Positions 10,584 through 20,948 of a DNA stretch of 54,951 nt are shown here, one piece after another. The position numbers were made by a program, and so were the translations under genes. The first letter of the stretch is position 1; each line of letters begins with the position of its first letter. The notes beneath the pieces are model-generated. The model was given only the letters and a program-made list of their open reading frames with translations, ran no database searches and was not told the DNA's origin. Origin of the DNA: Acidimicrobiia bacterium (lineage in GTDB: Bacteria > Actinomycetota > Acidimicrobiia > IMCC26256 > PALSA-555); the NCBI GenBank assembly GCA_009694435.1, contig SHUY01000003.1, positions 1 to 54,951 on the forward strand. The letters run 5' to 3'.

Positions 10584-11381
10584 ATGGCATCGAAACGAGT
10601 TGGAGTATTTGGGGCCGGCGGGCGCATGGGCGTCGCGGTTTGCGCTGCGGTGGCTAGTGCTCCCGACTTAGATTTGGTCGCGGCCATTGATCCTGCGTGG
10701 GCTGGAGTCGAACTCAGTGAGCGGGGCGTTGTCGATACCGGTTTAGTGGTCTCTCCGACTGCGGCTGAGTTGGTAAAAGTAAAAGCTGAAGTAGTAGTCG
10801 ATTTTACGGTGGCCGAGGCGGCTCGGGATAATTTAGTTTGGTGCGCGGAAAATGAGATTCACGCCGTAGTTGGCACCACCGGATTTTCGGCCGCCGACCT
10901 TGAAGATATTCGCGTTCGCTTTGAAGCCAGTAAAGCCAATGCGCTCATCGCTCCTAATTTCGCTATTGGCGCAGTTCTTATGATGCGCTTTGCTGAACTC
11001 GCTGCGCCGTATTTCGAAACGGCCGAGATAATCGAACTCCACCACGACCAAAAAGTTGATGCCCCTTCCGGAACGGCTATCCTCACCGCCGAGCGAATGG
11101 CCGCAGCATCAAGCGACTTCGCCGCCGACCCCACCGAGCAGGTAGTGATCGCAGGTGCTCGAGGGGCAAGTGGGCCGGGTGGAATTCCGATTCACTCAGT
11201 TCGTATGCGGGGAATGGTTGCGCACGAAGAAGTAATTCTAGGTTCCACCGGACAAACACTAACCGTACGCCACGATTCGTACGATCGAACTTCGTTCATG
11301 CCTGGAGTCTTATTAGCGATTCGATCGGTATTCGATCGCCCAGGGCTTACCGTAGGACTCGACGCACTGCTTGATATCTAA
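10584..11381 (+). CDS. dapB: 4-hydroxy-tetrahydrodipicolinate reductase
   Basis: GAGGRMG, VVGTTG, ELHHDQKVDAPSGTA. TAGCCT -10 lies 6 nt before ATG 10584. Confidence 0.98.
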   Translation: MASKRVGVFGAGGRMGVAVCAAVASAPDLDLVAAIDPAWAGVELSERGVVDTGLVVSPTAAELVKVKAEVVVDFTVAEAARDNLVWCAENEIHAVVGTTGFSAADLEDIRVRFEASKANALIAPNFAIGAVLMMRFAELAAPYFETAEIIELHHDQKVDAPSGTAILTAERMAAASSDFAADPTEQVVIAGARGASGPGGIPIHSVRMRGMVAHEEVILGSTGQTLTVRHDSYDRTSFMPGVLLAIRSVFDRPGLTVGLDALLDI

Positions 11382-11382
11382 A

Positions 11383-11958
11383 ATGAGTGACGCTAAGGAG
11401 CGGGTCTACTCCGCTACTTATACTCGCGTCGCCCGGGTTGGTCTTGATAAAACAACTCTCGATGATGTTGCTAAGGAAGCAGAAATTTCACGCGCCACTT
11501 TGTACCGCATGTTTCCTGGTGGTCGAGAACAAATACTGCGGGAAACTATCGGTGCCGAGATGGACCGATTTTTTATTTCCTTAGCGAACGCTATTGCTGA
11601 CGCTTCCGATATTGAGACTTGCTTGGAACGCGGGCTTGTATTTGCTCGGAAGTCTTTGTTGGAACACGCGGTGCTCCAGAAGATTTTGACTACCGAGCCC
11701 GAGGCGTTACTTCCGATTATCACGATTGAGCAACACCGAATCGTGGGGGAGATCGCTCAATATCTAGTCCCGCTAATAAGCGCGGAGAAGGATCGGCTCC
11801 GATCTGACCTCGATCCCGCGCGCGCGGCAGAGTTCTTAGCCCGCATGGTGTTATCAATCATTGCCAGCCCCGGGCGCTGGGATCTGAGCGACCCTCAGGC
11901 GGTTCACGCTTTGGTGGGCGAAGAACTGTTGGCTGGGATTCTTCAACCCCGGTCTTGA
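11383..11958 (+). CDS. TetR/AcrR family transcriptional regulator
   Basis: HTH TTLDDVAKEAEISRATLYRMFPG. Confidence 0.92.
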   Translation: MSDAKERVYSATYTRVARVGLDKTTLDDVAKEAEISRATLYRMFPGGREQILRETIGAEMDRFFISLANAIADASDIETCLERGLVFARKSLLEHAVLQKILTTEPEALLPIITIEQHRIVGEIAQYLVPLISAEKDRLRSDLDPARAAEFLARMVLSIIASPGRWDLSDPQAVHALVGEELLAGILQPRS

Positions 11959-11992
11959 TATTTACCCATACCGCGTATGGTTTTACTGAGGC

Positions 11993-12027
11993 TTGACAAT
12001 GAGACAAAAAGAGTCATAATGTCTCAT
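11993..12027 (+). promoter_or_regulatory. SigA-type promoter (TTGACA-N16-CATAAT) overlapped by the palindrome ATGAGACA-N13-TGTCTCAT (putative TetR operator)
   Basis: TTGACA 11993-11998, CATAAT 12015-12020; perfect 8-bp arms at 11999-12006 and 12020-12027. Confidence 0.8.
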
Positions 12028-12029
12028 AT

Positions 12030-12698
12030 ATGGCTTTAACCTTTGCCCCCGAAAAAGATCAGGTGCGAGCTGATCTTGAGTTGCCCGTAATTGATGGCAC
12101 TAACGACGGCATTAAAGAACGAGCGCTTATTGCCACGTGTGAGTGCATTGCTCGCTTGGGCTTTGCCAAAACCACTCTTGACGACGTCGCGCGCTCGGCT
12201 CGATGTTCTCGAGCCACTCTCTATCGTTACTTTCCTTCCAAGGCCGAAATGGTGCGCGATGCAGTAAGGGCGGAAGTGATGCGCATTACGCGCGCGATCC
12301 ATTTTGCTGCTCAAGAACAAGACAGTCTTGAAGACACGGTGGTGGCAGTGCTTTTAGTGGCCGGGCGAGAAATAGGAGAGCATCCGGCTCTGCGGTATGT
12401 AGCTAATTTTGAATCCGAGCGCTTGCTTCCCCATTTGGCTTTTACTGGCGGCGATCGCTTTTTGAGCCGGGCGGCCAAGATAATTACTCCTTGTCTCGAA
12501 CCATACTTAGGGGATAAATCTAACCGAGCGGCCGAGTGGATCGCGCGTAACGGTTTAACCCTTTGGCTTACTCCAACAGACGCCGGGGCGCTTACCAATC
12601 TCGTAGCACTGCGTGCTTACGTGAGGGAGTTTGTTTTACCCGCGTTCACTATCGAAGTTAAAAAATCTAGAATTCAAAATCCAAACGGGAGGCTATAA
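12030..12698 (+). CDS. TetR/AcrR family transcriptional regulator
   Basis: HTH TTLDDVARSARCSRATLYRYFP. Confidence 0.92.
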   Translation: MALTFAPEKDQVRADLELPVIDGTNDGIKERALIATCECIARLGFAKTTLDDVARSARCSRATLYRYFPSKAEMVRDAVRAEVMRITRAIHFAAQEQDSLEDTVVAVLLVAGREIGEHPALRYVANFESERLLPHLAFTGGDRFLSRAAKIITPCLEPYLGDKSNRAAEWIARNGLTLWLTPTDAGALTNLVALRAYVREFVLPAFTIEVKKSRIQNPNGRL

Positions 12699-12702
12699 AA
12701 TC

Positions 12703-13827
12703 ATGGCTACTACTAACGAAGAACTTATCGGTCGGTCTCAAGTAGACGACATTGAGGCGATATTGGCAGTCTCTAATGGTGATTCTGATAGCAAGCAACA
12801 CAGTATTGTTACCGAACAAGAAGTTTCTTTTACTTGGGACTACGAACAAACCCGTGAGCCACTGCGCAAACTTTATGAAAAAGCCAAGACCTCGCAGTGG
12901 AACGCTAACGACCTCCCGTGGCATATCGAAGTTGATCAAGAGGCAGTAGTAGCGGCTAACCAAGCGGCTAACAGTTACCTTTATCAAGAAGGAATGGATA
13001 TGTCCGGCACTCCTTTCGCCAAGTGGGGCGATAAAGAGTGGTTGGCGTTTGGAGTTGAGTCGCAGAACTGGACGCTTTCGCAGTTCATGCACGGAGAACA
13101 AGGTGCGTTGCTTTGCACTGCACAAATAGTTGAAACTGTTCCGTGGATTGATGCTAAGTATTACGCCTCAACTCAAGTAGTTGACGAAGCTCGTCACGTG
13201 GAAGTATTTGCCCGTTATCTAGACACCAAGTTGTCGGGGCATTACCCCATTAACGCACACTTAAAAGCCTTGCTCGATGACATCATTACTGATTCTCGTT
13301 GGGACATGACCTACCTAGGTATGCAAGTAATGGTCGAAGGATTGGCGCTGGCGTCATTTGGCTTCATGCGTCAGATGACTACTGAACCTCTCATCAAAGA
13401 ACTTTTGCGTTACGTCATGAGCGACGAAGCTCGCCACGTGGCTTTTGGTGTGTTGTCGTTGCAGGAGTACTACAAAGAACTGGACGGTAAAGAAATTCGT
13501 GAGCGTCAAGAGTTCGCTTACGAAGCTGCGGTACGCATGCGCGATCGTTTCTTGCAACAAGAAGTCTGGGAGCGCATGGGTGTCAACGTAAAAGATGCGG
13601 TCAATTTTGTTATGCAAGCCCCTGACCGTCCAATTTTTACGGGCATGTTGTTCTCTAAGATCGTGCCTAACTGCAAGAAGCTAGGGCTTCTTGACGCGGG
13701 TGACGGCTGGCTGCGGGAGAAGTTCACCGAGTTGGGAGTTATTCAGTTTGAGGACTGGGCCGACACCAGTGAAGAGTACGGCTCGCTTGATGCTGTTACG
13801 CAAGATCGCGAAGAAGCCGCGGTCTAG
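12703..13827 (+). CDS. Ferritin-like diiron-carboxylate protein (AurF-like oxygenase family)
   Basis: HGEQGAL, DEARH, VEGLAL and a second DEARH give two E...EXXH diiron sets. GGAGG RBS precedes ATG 12703. Confidence 0.85.
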   Translation: MATTNEELIGRSQVDDIEAILAVSNGDSDSKQHSIVTEQEVSFTWDYEQTREPLRKLYEKAKTSQWNANDLPWHIEVDQEAVVAANQAANSYLYQEGMDMSGTPFAKWGDKEWLAFGVESQNWTLSQFMHGEQGALLCTAQIVETVPWIDAKYYASTQVVDEARHVEVFARYLDTKLSGHYPINAHLKALLDDIITDSRWDMTYLGMQVMVEGLALASFGFMRQMTTEPLIKELLRYVMSDEARHVAFGVLSLQEYYKELDGKEIRERQEFAYEAAVRMRDRFLQQEVWERMGVNVKDAVNFVMQAPDRPIFTGMLFSKIVPNCKKLGLLDAGDGWLREKFTELGVIQFEDWADTSEEYGSLDAVTQDREEAAV

Positions 13828-13858
13828 CTCTTCGTCTTGAGGCAGTAGCCTCTTACAA

Positions 13859-15520
13859 ATGGCGACACCGGTTCGCGTCGTCTTTTTGGGCGGCCTAGGA
13901 GAAATTGGGCGCAACTGCTTTTGTCTTGAAGTAGAGGGGCGCATTGTTGTCGTTGATTGCGGCTTGATGTTTCCCGACGCCGACATGCCCGGAGTCGACC
14001 TAGTTCTACCGGACTTCACTTATCTTCGTGACCACGCCGACCAAGTTGACGGGATTGTTCTTACTCACGGCCACGAAGACCATGTAGGGGCACTGGGGTA
14101 TCTGTTGGCTGATGTTTCCGCCCCGATCTACGGCTCCCCGCTGTGTTTAGGTTTCGCCCGGAAACGATTAGAAGAAGCTCGGGTGATGGACCGCACCACG
14201 CTCGTTCCCGTTGGTGATGGTGATGTAGTGCAGATTGGACCCGTTACGGCGGAGTTCATTCCGGTCACCCATTCAGTCCCGCACGCGTTTGCGGTGGCTT
14301 ATTCAACTTCAGTCGGAACGATTTTGCACACGGGTGATTTCAAACTTGACCTTATGCCCGTTGATGGCCGTCGCACTGATGTATCGCGACTCGGTGAACT
14401 GGGTCGGCAAGGGGTAAAACTCCTGTTGTCTGATTCGACTAACGCGGAGACGCCGGGCCGTACTGAATCGGAGTCGAGCGTGGGTCCAGTGATTGAAGAT
14501 TTATTACACCGGTATTCAGACCGTCGTTTTGTGGTGGCTTCGTTCGCTTCCCACCTACACCGCATACAGCAAGTCGCTTACGCCGCGGTAGCGGCGGGTC
14601 GGCAAGTGGCATTTGTAGGTCGTTCAATGATTCATAACACCGCGTTTGCTCGTGAAATCGGCCTGTTTGATCTACCGGCTGATCGGGTTATAGACATTGA
14701 AGACGCCACCAAACTTGCGCCCGGGAAAGTTTGTGTTATTTGCACTGGTTCTCAAGGTGAGCCCATGAGCGCGTTGTCATTAATGGCGGCCAGCGAACAT
14801 AAACATATAAAACTTGGTCCCGAAGATGTAGTCGTTATTTCCGCGCACGCTATTCCAGGTAACGAAGTGAGTGTTTCTAAAGTTATTGACGCGCTTTATC
14901 GTTCGGGGGCCGAAGTCATTCACGGTGGCTCAGCGCCGGTGCACGTTTCGGGGCACGCCGCCCAAGATGAGTTGAAGTCAATGATTGATCTCGTCAAACC
15001 GGAGTGGTTCGTTCCGGTTCACGGCGAGTTTCGTCATATGGTTCACCACGCCCGATTAGCTAACGAAATGGGGGTCGATTCTGATCACATTATTGTTTGT
15101 GAAGATGGTGACGCATTGGTTATGCAAGGAGACAAGGTCTCAGTAAAACGCCGAGCAGTTCCGGCGGGATATCAATACGTCGACGGCATCACGGGTGATC
15201 TTGATCCGGGAGTTTTGCACGACCGGCGTTCACTCGCAGAAGAAGGGTTTGTAGTTGTGATCGTCACCGTTGTGGCTACTACCGGGGAGATTGTCACTGG
15301 CCCTGAGATAGTCACGCGTGGGTGGGTGCACGCCGATGAAGCCGAAGAGTTGCTCGAAGATGCTCGCGAAGCCGTTCGCAGTGCGATAGCCCAAGGTGCA
15401 GCTAACGATGCTATTGATGCAGAAACTTTGCGCCGGCGAGCGCGACGGGCACTGGGGCGTTTGATAAATGAACGTACTCGGCGTCGGCCTACGATTATCC
15501 CCGTGGTCATGGAGGTATGA
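13859..15520 (+). CDS. rnj: Ribonuclease J
   Basis: GGLGEIGRN, THGHEDH, HTGDFK, TGSQGEP, HVSGH, PVHGE. Confidence 0.98.
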   Translation: MATPVRVVFLGGLGEIGRNCFCLEVEGRIVVVDCGLMFPDADMPGVDLVLPDFTYLRDHADQVDGIVLTHGHEDHVGALGYLLADVSAPIYGSPLCLGFARKRLEEARVMDRTTLVPVGDGDVVQIGPVTAEFIPVTHSVPHAFAVAYSTSVGTILHTGDFKLDLMPVDGRRTDVSRLGELGRQGVKLLLSDSTNAETPGRTESESSVGPVIEDLLHRYSDRRFVVASFASHLHRIQQVAYAAVAAGRQVAFVGRSMIHNTAFAREIGLFDLPADRVIDIEDATKLAPGKVCVICTGSQGEPMSALSLMAASEHKHIKLGPEDVVVISAHAIPGNEVSVSKVIDALYRSGAEVIHGGSAPVHVSGHAAQDELKSMIDLVKPEWFVPVHGEFRHMVHHARLANEMGVDSDHIIVCEDGDALVMQGDKVSVKRRAVPAGYQYVDGITGDLDPGVLHDRRSLAEEGFVVVIVTVVATTGEIVTGPEIVTRGWVHADEAEELLEDAREAVRSAIAQGAANDAIDAETLRRRARRALGRLINERTRRRPTIIPVVMEV

Positions 15521-15524
15521 AGCA

Positions 15525-16313
15525 GTGATTCGCGATTGGTCAAACTTTATTGGTGGCCGGACGGCTTTAGTAACTGGATCTGGCGACGGTGTGGGGCGAG
15601 CCATTTCTATGCATATGGCGCGCGCGGGTGCTGAAGTATGGATAAACGATATTGACGCCGCTCGCGCCGACAAAGTAGTGGCGGAGATTATTAGCGAAAG
15701 CGGTATCGCTCATTCGGTTGTCGCTGATGTATGCAATCCTGAATCGGTGCATGCTATGTATGACTCCACTGGACCCGTAGACATTTTGGTCAACAACGCC
15801 GGCAGCGGTGTGCGCTCATGGGTCGACGGAAGCAATCGGTTAGTTACTTTCGCGGAGAGTTCGCCCACGGAGTGGGAACCGCTAATGCGGGTGAACCTAA
15901 CCGGTGTACTTCACGTAACCCATACTTATTTGCCTGGGATGTTGGCGAAAGAGTGGGGGCGAATTTTATCTATCGTTTCTGATGCCGGTCGACGGGGCGA
16001 GCGTCGGCAGGTTGTTTACGGTGCGGCTAAAGCTGCGGCTATGGGATTTTCTCGTGGGCTCGCGGCCGAAGTGGGCCGCCGCGGGGTGACCGTAAATTGC
16101 ATTTCTTTGGGAGCAATGCAACACGGATCCCTCGCCGATGCTGTCGCCGATGACCCTGATCTCGAGGGAAAACTCGCCGCGGCTTACCCAATCGGGCGTT
16201 TGGGTCGAGTGGATGACCCCGCTCCGCTCGCGGTTTTGCTCTGCAGTGATGCTGCCGACTGGATCACGGGCCAGGTGTATCCCGTAGACGGTGGCTACGC
16301 TCCGGCGCTTTAG
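15525..16313 (+). CDS. Short-chain dehydrogenase/reductase (FabG-like)
   Basis: TGSGDGVG, NNAG, YGAAK. GTG 15525 follows GGAGG at 15511-15515. Confidence 0.92.
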   Translation: MIRDWSNFIGGRTALVTGSGDGVGRAISMHMARAGAEVWINDIDAARADKVVAEIISESGIAHSVVADVCNPESVHAMYDSTGPVDILVNNAGSGVRSWVDGSNRLVTFAESSPTEWEPLMRVNLTGVLHVTHTYLPGMLAKEWGRILSIVSDAGRRGERRQVVYGAAKAAAMGFSRGLAAEVGRRGVTVNCISLGAMQHGSLADAVADDPDLEGKLAAAYPIGRLGRVDDPAPLAVLLCSDAADWITGQVYPVDGGYAPAL

Positions 16314-16426
16314 GATGATCAACCCCAGATAAAATCAAGTGCGGTAACGGTCAAACGCCCGAAGGCTCAACTGGCGTCGTTATTGGGTGCTCCTGAGGCC
16401 CTTGTTGCTGGTGTTAGCGTTAGTGG

Positions 16427-18886
16427 GTGGCAACTCGCATAGGTTCTCGGGGTAAAACTCGAACTAAGGCCAAACCCAAGACTCGCGCCACCGCTAAGCG
16501 CGCCACCGCTAAATCGACCTCCCGCTCGGCTCCTCGCCGAAGCAGCCGGCTCAAAGAGTCGGCTCGGCGCGACCTCGAAGGCCACGGGGCCGATGCTTTA
16601 GCTATCGGTCTAGTCGTTTTGGCTGCTCTCGCGATGCTGGGCTTAGTCTCGGATCTTGCTGGCCCAGTCGGGGTGACGATTGCTAATACTTTAGGAACGG
16701 TTTTAGGGCGAGCTCGCTACGCGGTACCGGTGGTTTTTCTAGTGCTGGCGGTGGCGTGTTTCGCTCAGCGCCCTGCTTCATCTCGCTCGCTTGATCGTAA
16801 AGAGAAGAGGGAAAAAGAAAATTCTGAAACTGACGATTACGCCAACGGTGACAATGAGTTGGCCCTCGCGTCTTCTGAACTCGCACCCTTGCGCGTCGGT
16901 ATTGGTTTTATCCTTCTAGGGATAGCGGCCGTGGGGGCATTGCAGTTAGCGGCGGGCGATCCCTCAATCAATGCCTCGGGGGCCCGGTTACGCGACGCGG
17001 GGGGTTACACCGGAGTAGTAGTTGGCGGCGGGTTATCTTCGGCGGCAGGGGTAGTGGGGGCGGCCGTAGTGCTATTTGGTTTTGCTTTGTTAGGCACTTT
17101 GTTGGCTCCTGGAATTCCGATGCGCGACGCGATTTCGTCAATTGGCCGAGCGTTTCGTTCGTTTTTTTCTTTTTCGGGGCGCGCGGTTCGTAAGTTTGGT
17201 GAGATGCCCAGCCACGACCAAGAAACTGATGCACCCGAGCCGGATGCCAACGTGAGCGTCGACTTAGCCGCCCCGCCGGTCGAGGCTATAACTCCAGTTT
17301 TTGACGCGTCTTTGCCGCCCGAAGGTGAAGAGTATGACGACTCGACCGAAATAGTGGTTGAAGACGATGGTCAAACCGCCTTGGGCTTTGGTTCCCGCTC
17401 GGGTAAAAAGCGCGGTGCTTGGAAGTTGCCGCCGAGCAATCTTTTACAAAAAGGCGAAAAAACAACTATCGATCAAAAAATGGTTGACGAAAGCGGTCGC
17501 CTCTTGCAAGCGGCGCTCGAACAACATGGCGTCGGCGCTACTTTGATTGGGGCCACAGTCGGCCCCACGGTTACTCGCTACGAACTCGAACTCGCGCCCG
17601 GGGTGAAAGTAAGTCGAGTAACCGGCTTGAGTCACGACCTCGCTTACGCCATGGCCGCCGCCGATGTACGCATTTTGGCCCCCATACCGGGGCGTTCGGC
17701 GGTGGGGGTTGAGGTTCCCAACAAGGCTCGTCAACTTGTGACTCTAGGTGACATCCTCAACGCTCCCGAAGCTAAAAGTGCCAAGCATCCTCTCGAGGTT
17801 GGATTGGGTCGCGACATTGCCGGCCGGCCGGTGATGCTTAATCTTGCCGCGCTGCCTCACGTTTTGATTGCCGGTGCCACCGGAGCCGGTAAATCGAGTT
17901 GTATCAACTCTTTAGTTACTTCGCTGCTCATGCGTACCACTCCCGATCAGGTGCGCATGATTTTGGTTGACCCCAAGCGGGTCGAACTCGGGGCGTATAA
18001 CGATGTTCCTCACCTGCTTACCCCAGTGGTAACTGATCCTAAAAAAGCGGCTAACGCACTTTCGTGGGCCGTGCGCGAAATGGATCTGCGCTACGAGATG
18101 ATGTCGGAAGTGGGGGCGCGCGACATAACGGGTTACAACTCGTTGATTGATTCGGATAGTTTGCCCACGCCATCCGAGCCTGACCCGGTAACCGGTAAAG
18201 GATACGAGCGACTGCCTTTTATTGTCATCGTGGTCGACGAACTCAACGACCTAATGATGGTGGCTGCGCGCGACGTGGAGGCCAGTGTTTGCCGGATTGC
18301 TCAGATGGCCCGAGCGGTTGGTATCCATCTCGTCATCGCCACTCAGCGACCTTCGGTTGATGTAATCACTGGTGTCATCAAAGCTAATATTCCGAGCCGG
18401 TTGGCGTTTAGCGTTTCGAGTTTGGCCGACTCTCGCGTCATTCTCGACCAAGCGGGGGCCGAAAAATTAATTGGTCAAGGGGACTTGCTGGCTATTACTG
18501 CGAGTTCGAATCGGGCTCAGCGTATCCAAGGGGCTTGGGTGGAAGAGGCGTGTGTGCGCAAGGTGGCCGCGCACTGGAAACGCCAAGCGGCATCCGAAAT
18601 GTACGTCAAAGGTATTGCCGAAGAAACTTCTACTTCTGTTCACGGGGCGGAAGACTCAAATAACGATGACCCGCTTTTAGTAGAAGCGATGGAGTTGGTG
18701 GTTCGAGCGGGATCGGGCTCCACCTCAATGCTGCAGCGCAAGTTGCGAGTGGGATTTTCTCGGGCCGGTCGACTTATTGACTTGCTTGAACGTAAAGGCG
18801 TAGTGGGCCCCGCCTCGGGCTCGAAAGCGCGTGAAGTGCTTATGAGCGTTGATGAGTTTGAGGCTATGGAGCGCCGCGGCGAGTAA
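16427..18886 (+). CDS. ftsK: DNA translocase FtsK
   Basis: N-terminal TM segments, GATGAGKS, VVDELNDLM, ATQRPSVDV, gamma domain STSMLQRKLRVGFSRAGR. Confidence 0.98.
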   Translation: MATRIGSRGKTRTKAKPKTRATAKRATAKSTSRSAPRRSSRLKESARRDLEGHGADALAIGLVVLAALAMLGLVSDLAGPVGVTIANTLGTVLGRARYAVPVVFLVLAVACFAQRPASSRSLDRKEKREKENSETDDYANGDNELALASSELAPLRVGIGFILLGIAAVGALQLAAGDPSINASGARLRDAGGYTGVVVGGGLSSAAGVVGAAVVLFGFALLGTLLAPGIPMRDAISSIGRAFRSFFSFSGRAVRKFGEMPSHDQETDAPEPDANVSVDLAAPPVEAITPVFDASLPPEGEEYDDSTEIVVEDDGQTALGFGSRSGKKRGAWKLPPSNLLQKGEKTTIDQKMVDESGRLLQAALEQHGVGATLIGATVGPTVTRYELELAPGVKVSRVTGLSHDLAYAMAAADVRILAPIPGRSAVGVEVPNKARQLVTLGDILNAPEAKSAKHPLEVGLGRDIAGRPVMLNLAALPHVLIAGATGAGKSSCINSLVTSLLMRTTPDQVRMILVDPKRVELGAYNDVPHLLTPVVTDPKKAANALSWAVREMDLRYEMMSEVGARDITGYNSLIDSDSLPTPSEPDPVTGKGYERLPFIVIVVDELNDLMMVAARDVEASVCRIAQMARAVGIHLVIATQRPSVDVITGVIKANIPSRLAFSVSSLADSRVILDQAGAEKLIGQGDLLAITASSNRAQRIQGAWVEEACVRKVAAHWKRQAASEMYVKGIAEETSTSVHGAEDSNNDDPLLVEAMELVVRAGSGSTSMLQRKLRVGFSRAGRLIDLLERKGVVGPASGSKAREVLMSVDEFEAMERRGE

Positions 18887-18933
18887 CTCTGCGCTCTCGT
18901 TTTCGGGGCGCGTTCCACCGGTAGCATTACCCA

Positions 18934-20364
18934 ATGACTTTTGAAACCAAGACGGCGAGGTTTTGGGTAGAGACTCTGGGGTGTCCTAAGAACGCGGTCG
19001 ATTCGGACAAGGTAATCGCATCGCTTTTGGGCGACGGGATGATTCCGGCCGATAATCCTGAAGGCGCTGATCTAGTAGTGGTTAACACCTGCGCGTTCGT
19101 TGAAGCGGCCCGACGAGAATCAATTGACACCGTTCTCGACTTGGCCGCTCGGCGTCAAGCGGGCGCTCGGGTGGTGGTTACCGGTTGTTTAGCCGAACGC
19201 TACGGCGAGGAGTTGGCTACTTCACTCCCCGAGGTTGACGCGGTAGTTGGTTTTGCGGGCGAGGGTTCGCTGGCGAAGTTTTCTCCCGTAGCCCTTACTC
19301 CAATTTCGCAACCCGTTCAGTGGGCCGGTGGAAAATCATTGCCGGTGCGCCCGGACGGGGTGGTGCGGGACTTGCTGGAGTTACCCCGAGCGGCCCCCAG
19401 TCGACCGTGGGCGTATCTGAAAATTGCCGAAGGCTGCGATCGGGCCTGTGCTTTTTGCGCCATTCCGTCGTTTCGGGGCGCCCAACGATCTCGCTCGCCG
19501 GAAGTAATCATGGCCGAAGCTCGAGAACTGGTCGAAGCCGGAGTGGTCGAACTCGTTCTAGTGGCTCAAGACCCTGCGTGGTACGGCCGCGACATCGGTG
19601 CCCCGGGGGCACTGGCGGGTTTGTTGCAACAACTCGATTCCGAGTTGGGCCCGAGTGGGTTGCTGCGAGTTCGGATCCTCTATCTGTACCCGAGCGAAGT
19701 AAAGGGTGAGCTAGTCAGGACAATGTTGGAGTTGCCGACGCCGGTGCCCTACTTCGATTTGTCGCTCCAACACGCCGACCGGGCGCTGTTGGCCAGAATG
19801 AAGCGGTGGGGCGGGGCAGAAAAGTTTATGGCGATGATTGGTTCAATTCGCGACCAAGAGCCTACCGCAACCTTTCGGTCGTCGTTCATCGTGGGCTTCC
19901 CGGGCGAAACCGAAAGCGCGCACGAATCTTTACTCGAATTTTTGTCTGCCGCTCAACTCGATTGGGCCGGGTTTTTCCCGTTTTCTCCCGAAGAGGGCAC
20001 GGCGGCAAATAGTCTCGACCAAACCGTGACCGAAGAGTTAATGAACGAGCGACTGCGAGAGTGTGAAGAAGTTCAGACGCCGATAACCCAAGGCGCGCGC
20101 GACTCTATTGTGGCGAGTGAGACTGATCTCGAAGTTTTGCTTGACGAGGTTGACCCAAATACTGGAGTTGCGGTGGGTCGTAGCCACCGAGAAGCCCCCG
20201 AGATTGATGGGTTGATTCATATCTCTGGCGGTCTCAATTTGACCCCCGGAGTAATGGTCAAGGCCAAAGCCCAAGCGGCTCTAGGGCCTGATCTGTACGC
20301 CGATTTTGTGCGGTTAGCCGATCCCGACTTGAGCGGCATCAATCCAATAGGGTCAAGCGCGTGA
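18934..20364 (+). CDS. rimO: Ribosomal protein S12 methylthiotransferase
   Basis: TLGCPKNAVDS, NTCAF, CDRACAFC, APEIDG. Confidence 0.96.
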   Translation: MTFETKTARFWVETLGCPKNAVDSDKVIASLLGDGMIPADNPEGADLVVVNTCAFVEAARRESIDTVLDLAARRQAGARVVVTGCLAERYGEELATSLPEVDAVVGFAGEGSLAKFSPVALTPISQPVQWAGGKSLPVRPDGVVRDLLELPRAAPSRPWAYLKIAEGCDRACAFCAIPSFRGAQRSRSPEVIMAEARELVEAGVVELVLVAQDPAWYGRDIGAPGALAGLLQQLDSELGPSGLLRVRILYLYPSEVKGELVRTMLELPTPVPYFDLSLQHADRALLARMKRWGGAEKFMAMIGSIRDQEPTATFRSSFIVGFPGETESAHESLLEFLSAAQLDWAGFFPFSPEEGTAANSLDQTVTEELMNERLRECEEVQTPITQGARDSIVASETDLEVLLDEVDPNTGVAVGRSHREAPEIDGLIHISGGLNLTPGVMVKAKAQAALGPDLYADFVRLADPDLSGINPIGSSA

Positions 20365-20948
20365 ATCAGCCATCACCGCGCGCTACTCGATTCGGTGAGA
20401 CCGCCATTTTCACTCTGGCCAATTTGGTTACTTTGGCTCGGCTGGTATTGGCTATCCCGGTGTTGGTGCTCATGCTCGATCAAGGGGCCAACTGGCTCAC
20501 TTACGCCGGCTGGGCGGTACTGGCGTTTTCGGACCGGCTCGACGGTTATCTCGCTCGGCGTGAAGGCACCACTCGCTCGGGCGCCTTTTTAGACCCAATG
20601 GCCGACAAGGTCATGGTGCTGGGTGGGTTCATCGTTTTGGGTATCAACGGCGATTTCGCGTGGATCGCGGTGGCGATAGTGGTACTGCGAGAAGTTTCGG
20701 TTTCGATTTACCGAGTAGTGGCTGCTCGAAAGGGGGTCTCACTACCGGCACTTAGGTTGGGCAAGTGGAAGGCTGCGGTGCAGTACTTTGCCGTGGGCTT
20801 TGTTTTGTTTCCTCCTACCGCGGACATCATTTGGTTCCAACAGATCTGGCTGTGGTCGGCAGTGGCCCTCTCGGTAGTTTCGGGTATTGAAATTATTCGC
20901 GCCGGTTGGAGCCCAAATAAAAGCACTGGGCCTTATCCCGCTTTATGA
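20361..20948 (+). CDS. pgsA: CDP-diacylglycerol--glycerol-3-phosphate phosphatidyltransferase
   Basis: DRLDGYLAR...GAFLDPMADK CDP-alcohol phosphotransferase motif; rimO-pgsA-cinA synteny. Confidence 0.93.
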   Translation: MNQPSPRATRFGETAIFTLANLVTLARLVLAIPVLVLMLDQGANWLTYAGWAVLAFSDRLDGYLARREGTTRSGAFLDPMADKVMVLGGFIVLGINGDFAWIAVAIVVLREVSVSIYRVVAARKGVSLPALRLGKWKAAVQYFAVGFVLFPPTADIIWFQQIWLWSAVALSVVSGIEIIRAGWSPNKSTGPYPAL

